DNA of 29,703 nucleotides from Dongiaceae bacterium (lineage in GTDB: Bacteria; Pseudomonadota; Gammaproteobacteria; Pseudomonadales; Ketobacteraceae), in the NCBI GenBank assembly GCA_035539495.1, contig DATLII010000187.1:1-29703 (forward strand), in the 5' to 3' direction. The notes beneath the pieces were generated by a model. It made no database searches. It was not told the origin of the DNA and saw nothing but the letters and a program-made list of their open reading frames with translations. Shown one piece after another: positions 10,749 to 19,877 of the stretch; the first letter of the stretch is position 1, and the number at the start of each line of letters is the position of its first letter. The position numbers and the translations under genes are program-made.

Positions 10749-11207
10749 TCATGCCAGGTTTTTGGCCATCAGCATCCCCAACTGGGTATTGGGTATCAAG
10801 GTAGCGCTACGGCCAGTGCCGGCAGTTTCCAGCTCCAGAATCAGGTCCGGCTCGGGAATGGAATCGCCACCTTTGTCGGGCCACTCCACGACACAAATGG
10901 CAGACGGCGCGAAATAATCGCGAATGCCGATCAGCTCCAGCTCTTCAGGGTCGTTGAGGCGATAAAGATCGAAATGGTAGAGCTTGCCCCGGGGCAGGTC
11001 GTAGGGTTCGACGAGCGTATAGGTGGGACTTTTTACGGCACCGGCATGGCCCAACGCCTGGATCAGGCCCCGACTGAGCGTGGTTTTACCCGCCCCCAGA
11101 TCGCCCTGCAGGTAAAGCACACCGCCCTGCGCCAGCACGGCTGCCAGACGCTGACCCAGTGCCAGCGTGTCCGCCTCGGAGGCGAGTGTCCAGTGCAGTT
11201 CGCTCAT
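10749..11207 (-). CDS. tsaE: tRNA threonylcarbamoyladenosine biosynthesis ATPase
   Basis: LQGDLGAGKTT, VKSPTYTLVEPY, YHFDLYRL and VEWPDKG; 152 aa. Confidence 0.97.
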   Translation of the reverse strand: MSELHWTLASEADTLALGQRLAAVLAQGGVLYLQGDLGAGKTTLSRGLIQALGHAGAVKSPTYTLVEPYDLPRGKLYHFDLYRLNDPEELELIGIRDYFAPSAICVVEWPDKGGDSIPEPDLILELETAGTGRSATLIPNTQLGMLMAKNLA

Positions 11208-11213
11208 GTCGCT

Positions 11214-12755
11214 TCACCTGCTGCCGTTTGCCAATTGCCGAAGCCACGGCATCAGATCCGTGGCCAGCATTCCCCGCTCACCGCCCTGGGCCGCAGCTTT
11301 GTCTGCTGCGGCGCCATGCATCCAGACACCGGCTGCAGCCGCTTGTTCCAGCGTTAGCCCCTGGGCGATCAATGCGCCGATCACGCCACTGAGCACATCC
11401 CCCATGCCGCCGCTGGCCATGCCCGGATTGCCGGTGCGGGACAACCATATGCGGCCGTCGCTGCCGGCAATCAAACTGCCAGCGCCCTTGAGGACGGCAA
11501 CGGCGGCGTATTGTTGTTGAAGCGCGAGTACGGTGTCAAACCGGTTACGTTGTAGTTCGGTGGTGTTTTCGCGCAGATTGGCGCCCTTTGCACGCAATAA
11601 GCGAGCCGCCTCGCCCGGATGGGGGGTGATCACCCAGTTGCCGCGCCGTGTCAGGGGATCGTTCTGCTCATGCCATTTGGACAATAAATTGAGGGCATCG
11701 GCATCTAACACCAGTGGCAGTGGGCTGGCGAGACTCTGCCGCAGCAGCGCCTGCCCCCATTCACTCTGTCCCAGCCCAGGACCGATCACAATGACGGTTG
11801 CCTTGTGCAACAGCGGCTGCAAGTCGGTGTTGGCAGTGACCATGCACTCGGGTCGACGCGTGAGAATAGGCGCCACATGCTCGGGCCGGGTCACCACCGA
11901 TACCAAGCCTGCACCGACACGACCGGCTGCCTCGGCCGCCATGGCCACCGCGCCGCCCATGCCATGGTCACCCCCAATCACCAATACATGACCGTTAGAA
12001 CCCTTGTGGGCCAGACGGGAACGGGGTGGCAGCCATTCCTTTATATAAGCGGGGGTGACCGAAGTAGCGGCAGGAGCCACGGCCCCGTAAACAGCAGGCG
12101 GCACGTCGAGCCCGGCGAAGAACAACGCGCCAACATGATCCGGCGCCTGGCCGGTGAGTAGACCCTGCTTCATGCCGATAAAGGTGATGGTGGCGTCGGC
12201 GCGGACTGCAGATCCCAACACACTGCCAGTATCGGCGCAAAGGCCGGAGGGAATATCGGCTGCCAACACAGGCAGACCAGAGCAGTTGATAGCGTCGATG
12301 GCGGCAACGTAGTCAGGACGCACTGGGCCGGACAGTCCGGTTCCCAGCAAGGCGTCGACAATCAGATCCGCCGTGGGAATGGCACCGGGAAAAGGCCGGA
12401 TGGCCACGCCCTTGGATTGCGCCCACTGCAACGCCAGCAGAGCATCACCCTGAATCCTATTGGCATCACCCACCTGCAGTACCAGCGGTTGCAGGCCTGC
12501 CTGCTGCGCCAGTGCTGCTATTACATAGCCATCACCACCGTTATTGCCGATACCGCACATCAACACCAGACGACGCACTGTTGGCCAACGTTCCTGCAAC
12601 AGTGCAAACGCGGCGGTGCCGGCGCGGCACATCAGCTCAAAACCGGGGATGCCCTGCTCCTGAATCGCCACCCGGTCCAGCTCGCGCACGCCGGCAGCGC
12701 GGTACAGGTCCGCCGGACATTCGCTGGTATACTGTTGCGACACCGTCTGCGTCAT
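11214..12755 (-). CDS. nnr: Bifunctional NAD(P)H-hydrate epimerase/dehydratase (YjeF)
   Basis: CGIGNNGGDG, DALLGTG, ADIPSG, HKGSNGHVLVIGG, IGPGLG, LDADAL, TPHPGEAARLL and GGMGDVLSG. The start is taken at ATG 12755 (GGGGGA SD); 12770 is the alternative. Confidence 0.95.
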   Translation of the reverse strand: MTQTVSQQYTSECPADLYRAAGVRELDRVAIQEQGIPGFELMCRAGTAAFALLQERWPTVRRLVLMCGIGNNGGDGYVIAALAQQAGLQPLVLQVGDANRIQGDALLALQWAQSKGVAIRPFPGAIPTADLIVDALLGTGLSGPVRPDYVAAIDAINCSGLPVLAADIPSGLCADTGSVLGSAVRADATITFIGMKQGLLTGQAPDHVGALFFAGLDVPPAVYGAVAPAATSVTPAYIKEWLPPRSRLAHKGSNGHVLVIGGDHGMGGAVAMAAEAAGRVGAGLVSVVTRPEHVAPILTRRPECMVTANTDLQPLLHKATVIVIGPGLGQSEWGQALLRQSLASPLPLVLDADALNLLSKWHEQNDPLTRRGNWVITPHPGEAARLLRAKGANLRENTTELQRNRFDTVLALQQQYAAVAVLKGAGSLIAGSDGRIWLSRTGNPGMASGGMGDVLSGVIGALIAQGLTLEQAAAAGVWMHGAAADKAAAQGGERGMLATDLMPWLRQLANGSR

Positions 12756-12834
12756 GAAATCCCCCGTCATCGATCGGCCTGTTATATCACAGACACCCTT
12801 TTCATGAGATTCCCCCTGGCCATGAGGTTCTACC

Positions 12835-13905
12835 TTGCATCCGCCCGAGCCTGACTACACTGCCCTGGCGACCCGGATCAAAGCCTGGGGCGAAGCGCTG
12901 GGCTTTCAGAAAATCGCGGTGGCGGACGTGGATCTGGCGCAGCACGAACAATATCTGGAGCGCTGGCTGGCACAGGGTTTTCACGGCGAGATGGAGTACA
13001 TGGCGCGCCACGGCAGCAAACGCAGCCGCCCAGCCGAATTGCAGCCGGGAACGTTAAGGGTGATCACGGCACGGATGGATTATCTGGCGGCGGACACGCA
13101 TACCGAAGCCGTGCTGAATGATCCCACTCGCGCCTATGTTTCCCGCTATGCGCTGGGCCGCGATTACCACAAGCTGATCCGGCGGCGGCTGACGCAATTG
13201 GGCGAGAAGATTCAGTCGGAGATCGGGCCGTTCGGTTATCGCGCCTTTGTCGACAGCGCGCCGGTGCTGGAGAAAGCGCTGGCAGAAAAATCCGGCCTGG
13301 GCTGGATCGGCAAACATACGTTGTTGCTGGATCGCAGTGCGGGCTCGTGGTTTTTTCTCGGCGAGATTTATACCGATCTGCCGCTGCCGGTGGACCCGCC
13401 GGTGACGCCGCACTGCGGCCAGTGCCGCGCCTGCATTGATATCTGTCCTACGCAGGCGATTGTGGCGCCGTATCAGCTGGATGCGCGCAAATGCATTTCC
13501 TACCTGACCATCGAATTGCATGGGCCAATTCCGGAAGAATTGCGTCGGCCTATGGGTAATCGCGTGTTCGGCTGCGATGACTGCCAACTGGTGTGTCCCT
13601 GGAATCGGTTCGCGAAAATTACGCAGGAAGTGGACTTTCTGCCCCGGCATTTACTGGAAAATGCGTCGCTGCTGGATTTGTTTGCTTGGGATGAATCGAC
13701 GTATTTGCAGAAGACCGAAGGCTCGGCCATTCGAAGGATTGGTTATGAGCGCTGGCAGCGTAATCTGGCGGTGGGGCTGGGTAATGCGCCCTATTCGGAG
13801 CAGATTGTGGCTGCGTTGAGTCAGCGGTTGGAAACGGCGGGAGATATGGTGAAGGAGCATTTGTTGTGGGCGCTGGAGGAGCAGCGGCGGAAGCAAACGA
13901 GCTGA
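12835..13905 (+). CDS. queG: Epoxyqueuosine reductase
   Basis: SRYALGRDYHK, FVDSAPVLEK, GWIGKH, CGQCRACIDICPT, CISYLTIE and FGCDDCQLVCPWN. It is divergent from nnr. Confidence 0.96.
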   Translation: MHPPEPDYTALATRIKAWGEALGFQKIAVADVDLAQHEQYLERWLAQGFHGEMEYMARHGSKRSRPAELQPGTLRVITARMDYLAADTHTEAVLNDPTRAYVSRYALGRDYHKLIRRRLTQLGEKIQSEIGPFGYRAFVDSAPVLEKALAEKSGLGWIGKHTLLLDRSAGSWFFLGEIYTDLPLPVDPPVTPHCGQCRACIDICPTQAIVAPYQLDARKCISYLTIELHGPIPEELRRPMGNRVFGCDDCQLVCPWNRFAKITQEVDFLPRHLLENASLLDLFAWDESTYLQKTEGSAIRRIGYERWQRNLAVGLGNAPYSEQIVAALSQRLETAGDMVKEHLLWALEEQRRKQTS

Positions 13906-13951
13906 TCCCACCTCCGCAGCAAAGTGGAGAAAGAAAGTGCCACTTCACAGA

Positions 13952-14140
13952 GCAGAGAGAAGCCGGTGATGGTTTGGGGACGTCAGCGGCCATGGGGGAG
14001 CAGCCATTCAGGAAAAATATATTTTTCCGGCTGCGAACGCCTTGAGCGTATTCGCGAATGGCAGGGCCCGAAGGGGCCGCTGACGAGCCTACAGGGATGT
14101 ACTTGTGGCGTGCCCCAAACCATCAACGGCTTCTCTCTGC
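13952..14140. mobile_element. 189-bp nested inverted-repeat element (MITE/REP-like repeat or structured ncRNA; family not assigned)
   Basis: Terminal arms 13952-13979 and 14113-14140 are complementary at 27 of 28 positions. Inner arms 13981-13991 and 14075-14085 are a perfect 11-bp match, and there is a perfect 18-bp palindrome at 14011-14028. I see no clear target-site duplication and no transposase nearby. Confidence 0.6.
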
Positions 14141-14214
14141 GGTTCGAACACACAGCGATGCTACGTAGATTCAGTCTGCGAAGCGCCTCCGTCAGGTTGC
14201 TGCTTCACCGCAGT

Positions 14215-14760
14215 TCAGAGTTTGAAAAACCGCTCCCGATAATGCCTCAACTCGGCAATGGACTCACGAATGTCATCCAGCGCCAGGTGCGCGCCCTGTT
14301 TGCTCATGCCGTCCAGCACATCGGGCTTCCAGCGCCGCGCCAGTTCCTTCACCGTGCTGACATCCAGGTTGCGATAATGGAAAAAGCCTTCCAGCCGCGG
14401 CATATGGCGGTAGAGGAAACGGCGGTCCTGGCAGATGCTGTTGCCGCACATGGGCGAGGCACGTTTGTCACTCCACTGGGCCAGAAAATCCAGTGTGTAT
14501 TGTTCCGCCTGAGCGCTGTCGAACTTGCTGGCGCGCACCCGGTCGGTCAGGCCGGACTGCCCGTGGGTGCGTACGCACCATTCGTCCATGCGGGCGAGGG
14601 TCTCGTCACTATGATGCACGGCGAACACAGGGCCTTCCGCCAGAACGTTCAGGTGGGCATCGGTGACGATGGTGGCGATTTCGATGATGACATCGCTGTC
14701 GGGATCGAGGCCGGTCATTTCCAGGTCGATCCAGATCAGGTTGTTTTTTTTGTCGGTCAT
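14215..14760 (-). CDS. orn: Oligoribonuclease, 181 aa
   Basis: [42 protein letters not shown] and [18 protein letters not shown]. The true start is ATG 14760; the ORF track extension to 15135 overlaps rsgA. Confidence 0.97.
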   Translation of the reverse strand: MTDKKNNLIWIDLEMTGLDPDSDVIIEIATIVTDAHLNVLAEGPVFAVHHSDETLARMDEWCVRTHGQSGLTDRVRASKFDSAQAEQYTLDFLAQWSDKRASPMCGNSICQDRRFLYRHMPRLEGFFHYRNLDVSTVKELARRWKPDVLDGMSKQGAHLALDDIRESIAELRHYRERFFKL

Positions 14761-14847
14761 AGGGAATCCTTGATTAGCTGCAACGCAGACCATGCTCAAT
14801 AATAACGTAGAATACCCAACCGCACTGGTTTTCCACCCCGAGATCCC

Positions 14848-15873
14848 ATGAGCAAACGCAAACTCACCCGCCAGCAGAACTGGCGCATTCAGAAAATCCA
14901 GGAGGAGAAGGCCGCCCGGCTGGATCGCAAGACGCAGCGGGTGGAATCCGACGGTGAGGAGCTCGGGCACGAACAGGAAGGCCTGGTGGTGGCCCATTTC
15001 GGGACGCTGGTGGAAGTCCAAGTGCACGAGCCCCAAACAACCACCCCGACCACGGCCCTGCAGTGCCATTTTCGCGCCAATGTGGGCGCCATCGTGGCGG
15101 GCGACCGGGTGGTATTGCGCCAGGGTCAGTCCCACGGCGTGATCGAGGCCGTGCTGCCGCGCACTTCGCTGCTGTCACGTCCCGATCCTCGCGGCCAACT
15201 CAAACCCGTAGCCGCCAATATCGATTTCATCGTGTTGGTGATCACGCCGGAACCCGCCCCCTCCAGCGTGCTGATCGATCGCTATCTGGTGGCGGCAGAA
15301 TTGCAGAACATCCCCATCAAGATCCTGCTCAATAAAACCGATCTGCTCACTGAGCTGAACGAAGCCGCCATCGACGAATTGCTGAACCTCTACCGCGCCA
15401 TCGGTTACCCGGTGCTGGAGTCTTCCGCCAAAACCGAACGTGGCCTGGATGAATTGAAGCAACAACTGGATCAACACACCTCGATATTCGTGGGCCAGTC
15501 CGGCGTCGGCAAATCGTCGCTGGTGAATGCGCTGCTGCCGGGCGTCAATGCCAAGGTGGGCGAGTTATCGGAAAACTCACGCCTGGGCCGCCACACCACC
15601 ACCAACGCACGGCTGTTCCATTTCCCCAGTGGCGGTTGCCTGATCGACTCACCGGGCATTCGCGAATTTGGCCTGTGGCATTTGGAACCCGCCAACCTGA
15701 TCGAAGGCTTCCGCGACTTCGATCCCTGGCGCTTCGACTGCCGCTTCCGCGACTGCAGTCACGGCAACGAACCCGGCTGTGCGCTGCGCGCTGCAACGGA
15801 ACGCGGCGACGTCCACCCCCAACGGCTGCGAAATTATTTTGCGATCCTGCAATCGCTGCAGGAAATCCGTTAG
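14848..15873 (+). CDS. rsgA: Small ribosomal subunit biogenesis GTPase (circularly permuted)
   Basis: [40 protein letters not shown], and the zinc finger [14 protein letters not shown]. Confidence 0.97.
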   Translation: MSKRKLTRQQNWRIQKIQEEKAARLDRKTQRVESDGEELGHEQEGLVVAHFGTLVEVQVHEPQTTTPTTALQCHFRANVGAIVAGDRVVLRQGQSHGVIEAVLPRTSLLSRPDPRGQLKPVAANIDFIVLVITPEPAPSSVLIDRYLVAAELQNIPIKILLNKTDLLTELNEAAIDELLNLYRAIGYPVLESSAKTERGLDELKQQLDQHTSIFVGQSGVGKSSLVNALLPGVNAKVGELSENSRLGRHTTTNARLFHFPSGGCLIDSPGIREFGLWHLEPANLIEGFRDFDPWRFDCRFRDCSHGNEPGCALRAATERGDVHPQRLRNYFAILQSLQEIR

Positions 15874-15911
15874 ACTGAAATTCGACTTCATCATCCGGGA
15901 CAACGTCCGCC

Positions 15912-17645
15912 GTGGACTTTACCTACACCGCCCTCACCATCGGCGCCGTGCTGGTGCTGCTTTCCATCGTGCTCACCTCGGTGTCATCCCGCGTCGGCTT
16001 TCCTTTACTGCTGCTGTTCCTGGCGCTGGGCATGCTGGCCGGCGAAGATGGCCTCGGCAAAATTCCTTTCAACAATTATCCCGCCTCATTCCTGATCGGT
16101 AACCTGGCGCTGGCCATCATCCTGCTGGATGGCGGTATGCGCACGCGGGCGGAATCGTTTCGCGTGGCGTTGTGGCCTGCGTTGTCACTGGCGACGGTGG
16201 GGGTGTTGGTCACAGTAGGCGTCACTGCCGCGTTTGCCGCCTGGCTGCTGGATCTGCCGATATGGGTGGCAATGCTGCTGGGCGCGATTGTGGGTTCCAC
16301 CGATGCAGCAGCGGTATTCTCGCTGCTCAACAACAGCGGCGTGCATCTGCAGCAACGGGTGGGCGCGACACTGGAAATCGAATCGGGCTCCAACGATCCG
16401 ATGGCGGTGTTTCTTACCATCGCGCTGCTGGAAATTACCATGCAGGCCGATCATGGCCTCGGCATGACGCTGCTGGTGAATCTGCTGAAGCAATTTGGTA
16501 TCGGCGCCTTGATGGGCATTGCGGGTGGCTTCTTGCTGCTGCGCACCGTGAACTCACTGCAGCTGGCGGCGGGTTTGTATGCGCTGCTGGTGTGCTCTGG
16601 TGGCGTGCTGATTTTTGCGGCGACCAGTGCCGTGCACGGCAGCGGCATTCTGGCGGTGTATCTGGTGGGGATTCTGCTGGGCAATAAACGTCTGCGCAAC
16701 AAACAGGGCATTCTGCAGGTGCTGGACGGTGCCGCCTGGCTCAGCCAAATCGGCATGTTTTTGATTCTGGGTTTGCTGGTCACCCCCAGCAGCATGATGC
16801 ATTACGCGCTTCCCGCGTTGTTCGTAGCGATTTGGCTGACGCTGGTGGCGCGGCCGCTGGCGGTGTGGTTGAGCCTGGTACCCTTTGTCTTTTCCGGGCG
16901 GGAAAAATTCTTCATTTCCTGGGTGGGATTGCGCGGCGCGGTGCCGATCATTCTGGCGCTGTTCCCGATGATGGCCGGGCATCCCCAAGCGCAACTGCTG
17001 TTCAACGTCGCGTTCGTGGTGGTGCTGGTGTCGCTGACAACGCAAGGTTTCTCGCTGCCCATCGCTGCCCGGCTGTGTCGGGTGGAAGTACCGCCGGAAC
17101 CCGAGCCCGCACAACGGATGGCATTGGAAATGCCGACGCCGCAGGAGCACGAGATTTTTATTTTCCAGCTCGACGAGCGCTCCACCGCCACCAACCGGCA
17201 AGTGCGTCAATTGCGCATGCCGGCGGAATCCCGTATCGCGGCCGTGTTTCGTGGCACCCAGGTGATTTATCCCAACGGTGATACCGAGTTGCATCTGGAC
17301 GATCACTTATGCGTGATTGGCCATACGCAGAATTTGCCGGACATCAGTCGTCTGTTCTCCACCACCGCAGCGCCGGAACATTTGGACGGTCATCATTTCT
17401 TCGGCGATTTCATGCTGGATGGTTCCGCGCATCTGGCGGATGTGTGCGCGTTTTACGGCTTGCACATCAACGTGCCGCAGGACACGCCGGATATCACGCT
17501 GGGCGAATACATTGCGCGGCGTTTCGGCGGTCACTGCGTGGTGGGCGACAAGATCCGGGAAGGTGGCGCCAAGCTGGTGGTGGCGGAAATGGAAGGCGAT
17601 GCGATCCGCAAGGTGGGGATCAAGTGGGTTCAGGAAGCCTTGTAA
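15912..17645 (+). CDS. cvrA: K+/H+ antiporter, CPA1 family (NhaP2/CvrA), with C-terminal TrkA-C and CorC/HlyC-like domains
   Basis: GMLAGEDG, IILLDGG, GSTDAAAVFS, LEIESGSNDPMAVFLT, FISWVGLRGAVPIILA and FFGDFMLDG; about 13 hydrophobic segments. Confidence 0.88.
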   Translation: MDFTYTALTIGAVLVLLSIVLTSVSSRVGFPLLLLFLALGMLAGEDGLGKIPFNNYPASFLIGNLALAIILLDGGMRTRAESFRVALWPALSLATVGVLVTVGVTAAFAAWLLDLPIWVAMLLGAIVGSTDAAAVFSLLNNSGVHLQQRVGATLEIESGSNDPMAVFLTIALLEITMQADHGLGMTLLVNLLKQFGIGALMGIAGGFLLLRTVNSLQLAAGLYALLVCSGGVLIFAATSAVHGSGILAVYLVGILLGNKRLRNKQGILQVLDGAAWLSQIGMFLILGLLVTPSSMMHYALPALFVAIWLTLVARPLAVWLSLVPFVFSGREKFFISWVGLRGAVPIILALFPMMAGHPQAQLLFNVAFVVVLVSLTTQGFSLPIAARLCRVEVPPEPEPAQRMALEMPTPQEHEIFIFQLDERSTATNRQVRQLRMPAESRIAAVFRGTQVIYPNGDTELHLDDHLCVIGHTQNLPDISRLFSTTAAPEHLDGHHFFGDFMLDGSAHLADVCAFYGLHINVPQDTPDITLGEYIARRFGGHCVVGDKIREGGAKLVVAEMEGDAIRKVGIKWVQEAL

Positions 17646-17704
17646 GGAATCGCTGCACGAAATATCGGTGAGGCAGAGTGGTGCGGCCCGCAACCATCAC
17701 TGCT

Positions 17705-18922
17705 TCAGAAAAACTCGTCGTTGTCTTTGGGTTTGGCCGGCGTAGCCGGTTTGTCTGCTGCTGGTGGCGTAGCGGCAGGCGGAGTTGACGCCGGCGGTTT
17801 CGCGCTATCGGCAGCTGGTGGAGCGGTTTGCCCAGGTGTCGTCGGCGCTTCTCCATTCTGACGCCGGGTCATTGTCTGGCGCAGTTTTTCAAATGCTTCC
17901 TGCTGCTGCAATTTCTGTTTGTCGCCGTCGTTGGTGACAGTGACATCGCCTTTCACCGGCTCTGGAGCCTCGACGCCCGCTTCCGGCTGCTCAATTTCCG
18001 GCGCCTTGAAATCCGGATCTTCCGGTAAGGTCGCGCGCTCAGACGGCGGAGTGCCACCTTCCTGCATTTCCTTCAGATCTTTTTGCGATTCCTGGTTCAT
18101 CACCAGAATGCTGATGCGGCGGTTGATTGGATTGTTGGGATCATCTTTTTTGAACAGCACCGACGACGACAAGCCCACCACCTGCGCCAATTGATCTTCC
18201 TTCACCCCGCCTTGCAGCAGCGAACGACGAGCCGAATTGGCGCGATCCGCCGACAATTCCCAGTTGGAATAATCCGGGCTGTCGACAAATTGCTGGGCAT
18301 CCGTGTGGCCCGACAGGCTTAAATGATTGGGCACCGTGCCGATGGTTTCCGCCAGCGCCATCAGAATGTCGTTCATGTAGGGCTTGATCACGTCGCTGCC
18401 GCTGTCAAACATGGGCCGCGATTCCTTGTCGACGATCTGGATCTGCAGACCATCGCGCGTGACCTCCATGATGATCTGGTCCTTGAATTTCTCCAGCGCG
18501 GGATTTTCTTCGATGCGGGCATCCAGCGTGCGCTTCAATTCCTGCATTTTGCGCGCTTCGATTTCCCGCGCCATGTCCTCGATGGTTTGCTCGTCCGCCT
18601 TCATCCCTTTCGACACCGGCGTGGATTCGGGCGTCTCTTCGGGGGAATCACCGGAATATTCGTCGTCTTTGAGACCACCGCCCAAATCGACGGCATAAGG
18701 CGAGCCGCCTTCGGTAAATGCAGAGGGATCGCTGAAATAACCAGACACAGCCTTGAGCTGTTTGGGCGTCGCCGCTTCCAACAACCAGAGCAGCAGAAAG
18801 AACGCCATCATCGCCGTGGCAAAGTCAGCAAATGCCACTTTCCACGCGCCACCATGATGGCCACCGACCACCTTCTTAACCCGTTTGATGACAATCGGTT
18901 TGCCGGTGTTTTCAAATTCCAT
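17705..18922 (-). CDS. motB: Flagellar stator protein MotB with an extended C-terminal tail
   Basis: HGGAWKVAFADFATAMMAFF (conserved Asp33 in the TM helix) and an OmpA-like domain with GHTD, NWELSADRAN and NRRISILV. Confidence 0.93.
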   Translation of the reverse strand: MEFENTGKPIVIKRVKKVVGGHHGGAWKVAFADFATAMMAFFLLLWLLEAATPKQLKAVSGYFSDPSAFTEGGSPYAVDLGGGLKDDEYSGDSPEETPESTPVSKGMKADEQTIEDMAREIEARKMQELKRTLDARIEENPALEKFKDQIIMEVTRDGLQIQIVDKESRPMFDSGSDVIKPYMNDILMALAETIGTVPNHLSLSGHTDAQQFVDSPDYSNWELSADRANSARRSLLQGGVKEDQLAQVVGLSSSVLFKKDDPNNPINRRISILVMNQESQKDLKEMQEGGTPPSERATLPEDPDFKAPEIEQPEAGVEAPEPVKGDVTVTNDGDKQKLQQQEAFEKLRQTMTRRQNGEAPTTPGQTAPPAADSAKPPASTPPAATPPAADKPATPAKPKDNDEFF

Positions 18923-19773
18923 CAGCGGCCCCGCAGATGATCATCCAGTTCCTTGAAGGTGGGACGTTCGTGGGAACCGATGGCCTTGCGGCCGAATTCC
19001 ACCGCCAGTTGCGGCGGAATACCGTTTACCATGGCCAGGATAGCAGTCTTGGCGCAAGCCAGGGCTTTAATGTCCTCAGTGGCCATGTGTTCCAGCGACA
19101 CCGCCAGCGGGCCAATGAAACCGTACGCCAGCAGAATACCCAGGAAAGTACCCACCAACGCCGCCGCCACGTGATGGCCCAGCACTTCCGGCGGGCCGCC
19201 CAAGGCGCCCATGGTGATTACGATACCCATAACCGCCGCCACGATACCGAAGCCCGGCAAACCATCCGATATCTTGCTGACGGCGTGGGATGCGGCCATG
19301 GATTCGTGCAACGCGGTTTCGATTTCCTGATCCATCAGCGATTCCAGCTCGATGGCCGACAGGTTGCCCGCCGCCATGATCCGCAAGTAGTCGCAGATGA
19401 AATCCATCAGGTGATGTTCCATGGTGACGCGGGGAAAACGGTTGAAGATCTCGCTGGACTCGGGCGTCTCCACATCCTCTTCGATCGCCATCAGACCATT
19501 CTTGCGGGCCTTGTTGAAAATCTCGTAAAGCAGCGACAGCAGATCCATGTACATGTCCTTGCCGTAGTGCTTGCCCTTCAGGTTACGGCCCAAGGCACCC
19601 AGCGTATCCTTCACCACCACACCGGGATTGGAAATCAGAAACGCGCCGATCGCCGCACCAAGGATGATCAGCAATTCGTACGGCTGCCACAGCGCCAACA
19701 GTTGGCCATGGGAAAGCATATACCCACCCAACACGCTGCCCAACACCACTGCAAGTCCGGCCAGTTTCAACAT
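18922..19773 (-). CDS. motA: Flagellar stator protein MotA, 283 aa
   Basis: LWQPYELLIILGAAIGAFLISNP, KARKNGLMAIE (conserved Arg/Glu), GLPGFGIVAAVMG, GTFLGILLAYGF and EFGRK. The start is re-picked at ATG 19773; the stop overlaps the motB ATG. Confidence 0.95.
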   Translation of the reverse strand: MLKLAGLAVVLGSVLGGYMLSHGQLLALWQPYELLIILGAAIGAFLISNPGVVVKDTLGALGRNLKGKHYGKDMYMDLLSLLYEIFNKARKNGLMAIEEDVETPESSEIFNRFPRVTMEHHLMDFICDYLRIMAAGNLSAIELESLMDQEIETALHESMAASHAVSKISDGLPGFGIVAAVMGIVITMGALGGPPEVLGHHVAAALVGTFLGILLAYGFIGPLAVSLEHMATEDIKALACAKTAILAMVNGIPPQLAVEFGRKAIGSHERPTFKELDDHLRGR

Positions 19774-19798
19774 AAATAAAGCGGGGAAAAGTCCATAA

Positions 19799-19830
19799 GG
19801 TCTATAGTTTGCCAACGGGTCTATAGTTTG
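19799..19830. repeat. Exact 13-bp direct repeat GGTCTATAGTTTG (2 copies) in the motA/HDOD divergent region
   Basis: Copies lie at 19799-19811 and 19818-19830, a 19-bp period. Confidence 0.85.
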
Positions 19831-19877
19831 AAAGTTAAGTTCAGTTCCTTCGATTTAACAACCGCATCAAGGTGATC

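Noticed and set aside
13906-14214. Possible tRNA-Gly gene or remnant (E. coli has glyVXY between orn and queG; GGTTCGAAC at 14141-14149 resembles a T-loop)
   Set aside because: The bases flanking GGTTCGAAC do not form a T-stem, and no acceptor, D or anticodon arms can be built.
13924-14802. 292-aa plus-strand ORF running through the palindromic element and antisense to orn
   Set aside because: Two thirds of it is the antisense shadow of orn and the rest translates the inverted repeats. It shows no transposase or other motif.
17673-17703. Imperfect hairpin between convergent cvrA and motB as a terminator
   Set aside because: The stem has several bulges and there is no U-tract on either strand, so it is too weak to call.
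17705-19773. MotAB-like pair as a Zorya anti-phage system or an ExbBD/TolQR module
   Set aside because: MotA has canonical length and the flagellar motifs, with no long ZorA tail. There are no zorC/D/E-like neighbours, and the locus is the conserved chromosomal motAB position.
19767-19796. Out-of-frame 9-codon uORF (MDFSPLYLC*) overlapping the motA start
   Set aside because: It has no SD and ORFs this short arise by chance. It would need ribosome profiling to be taken seriously.
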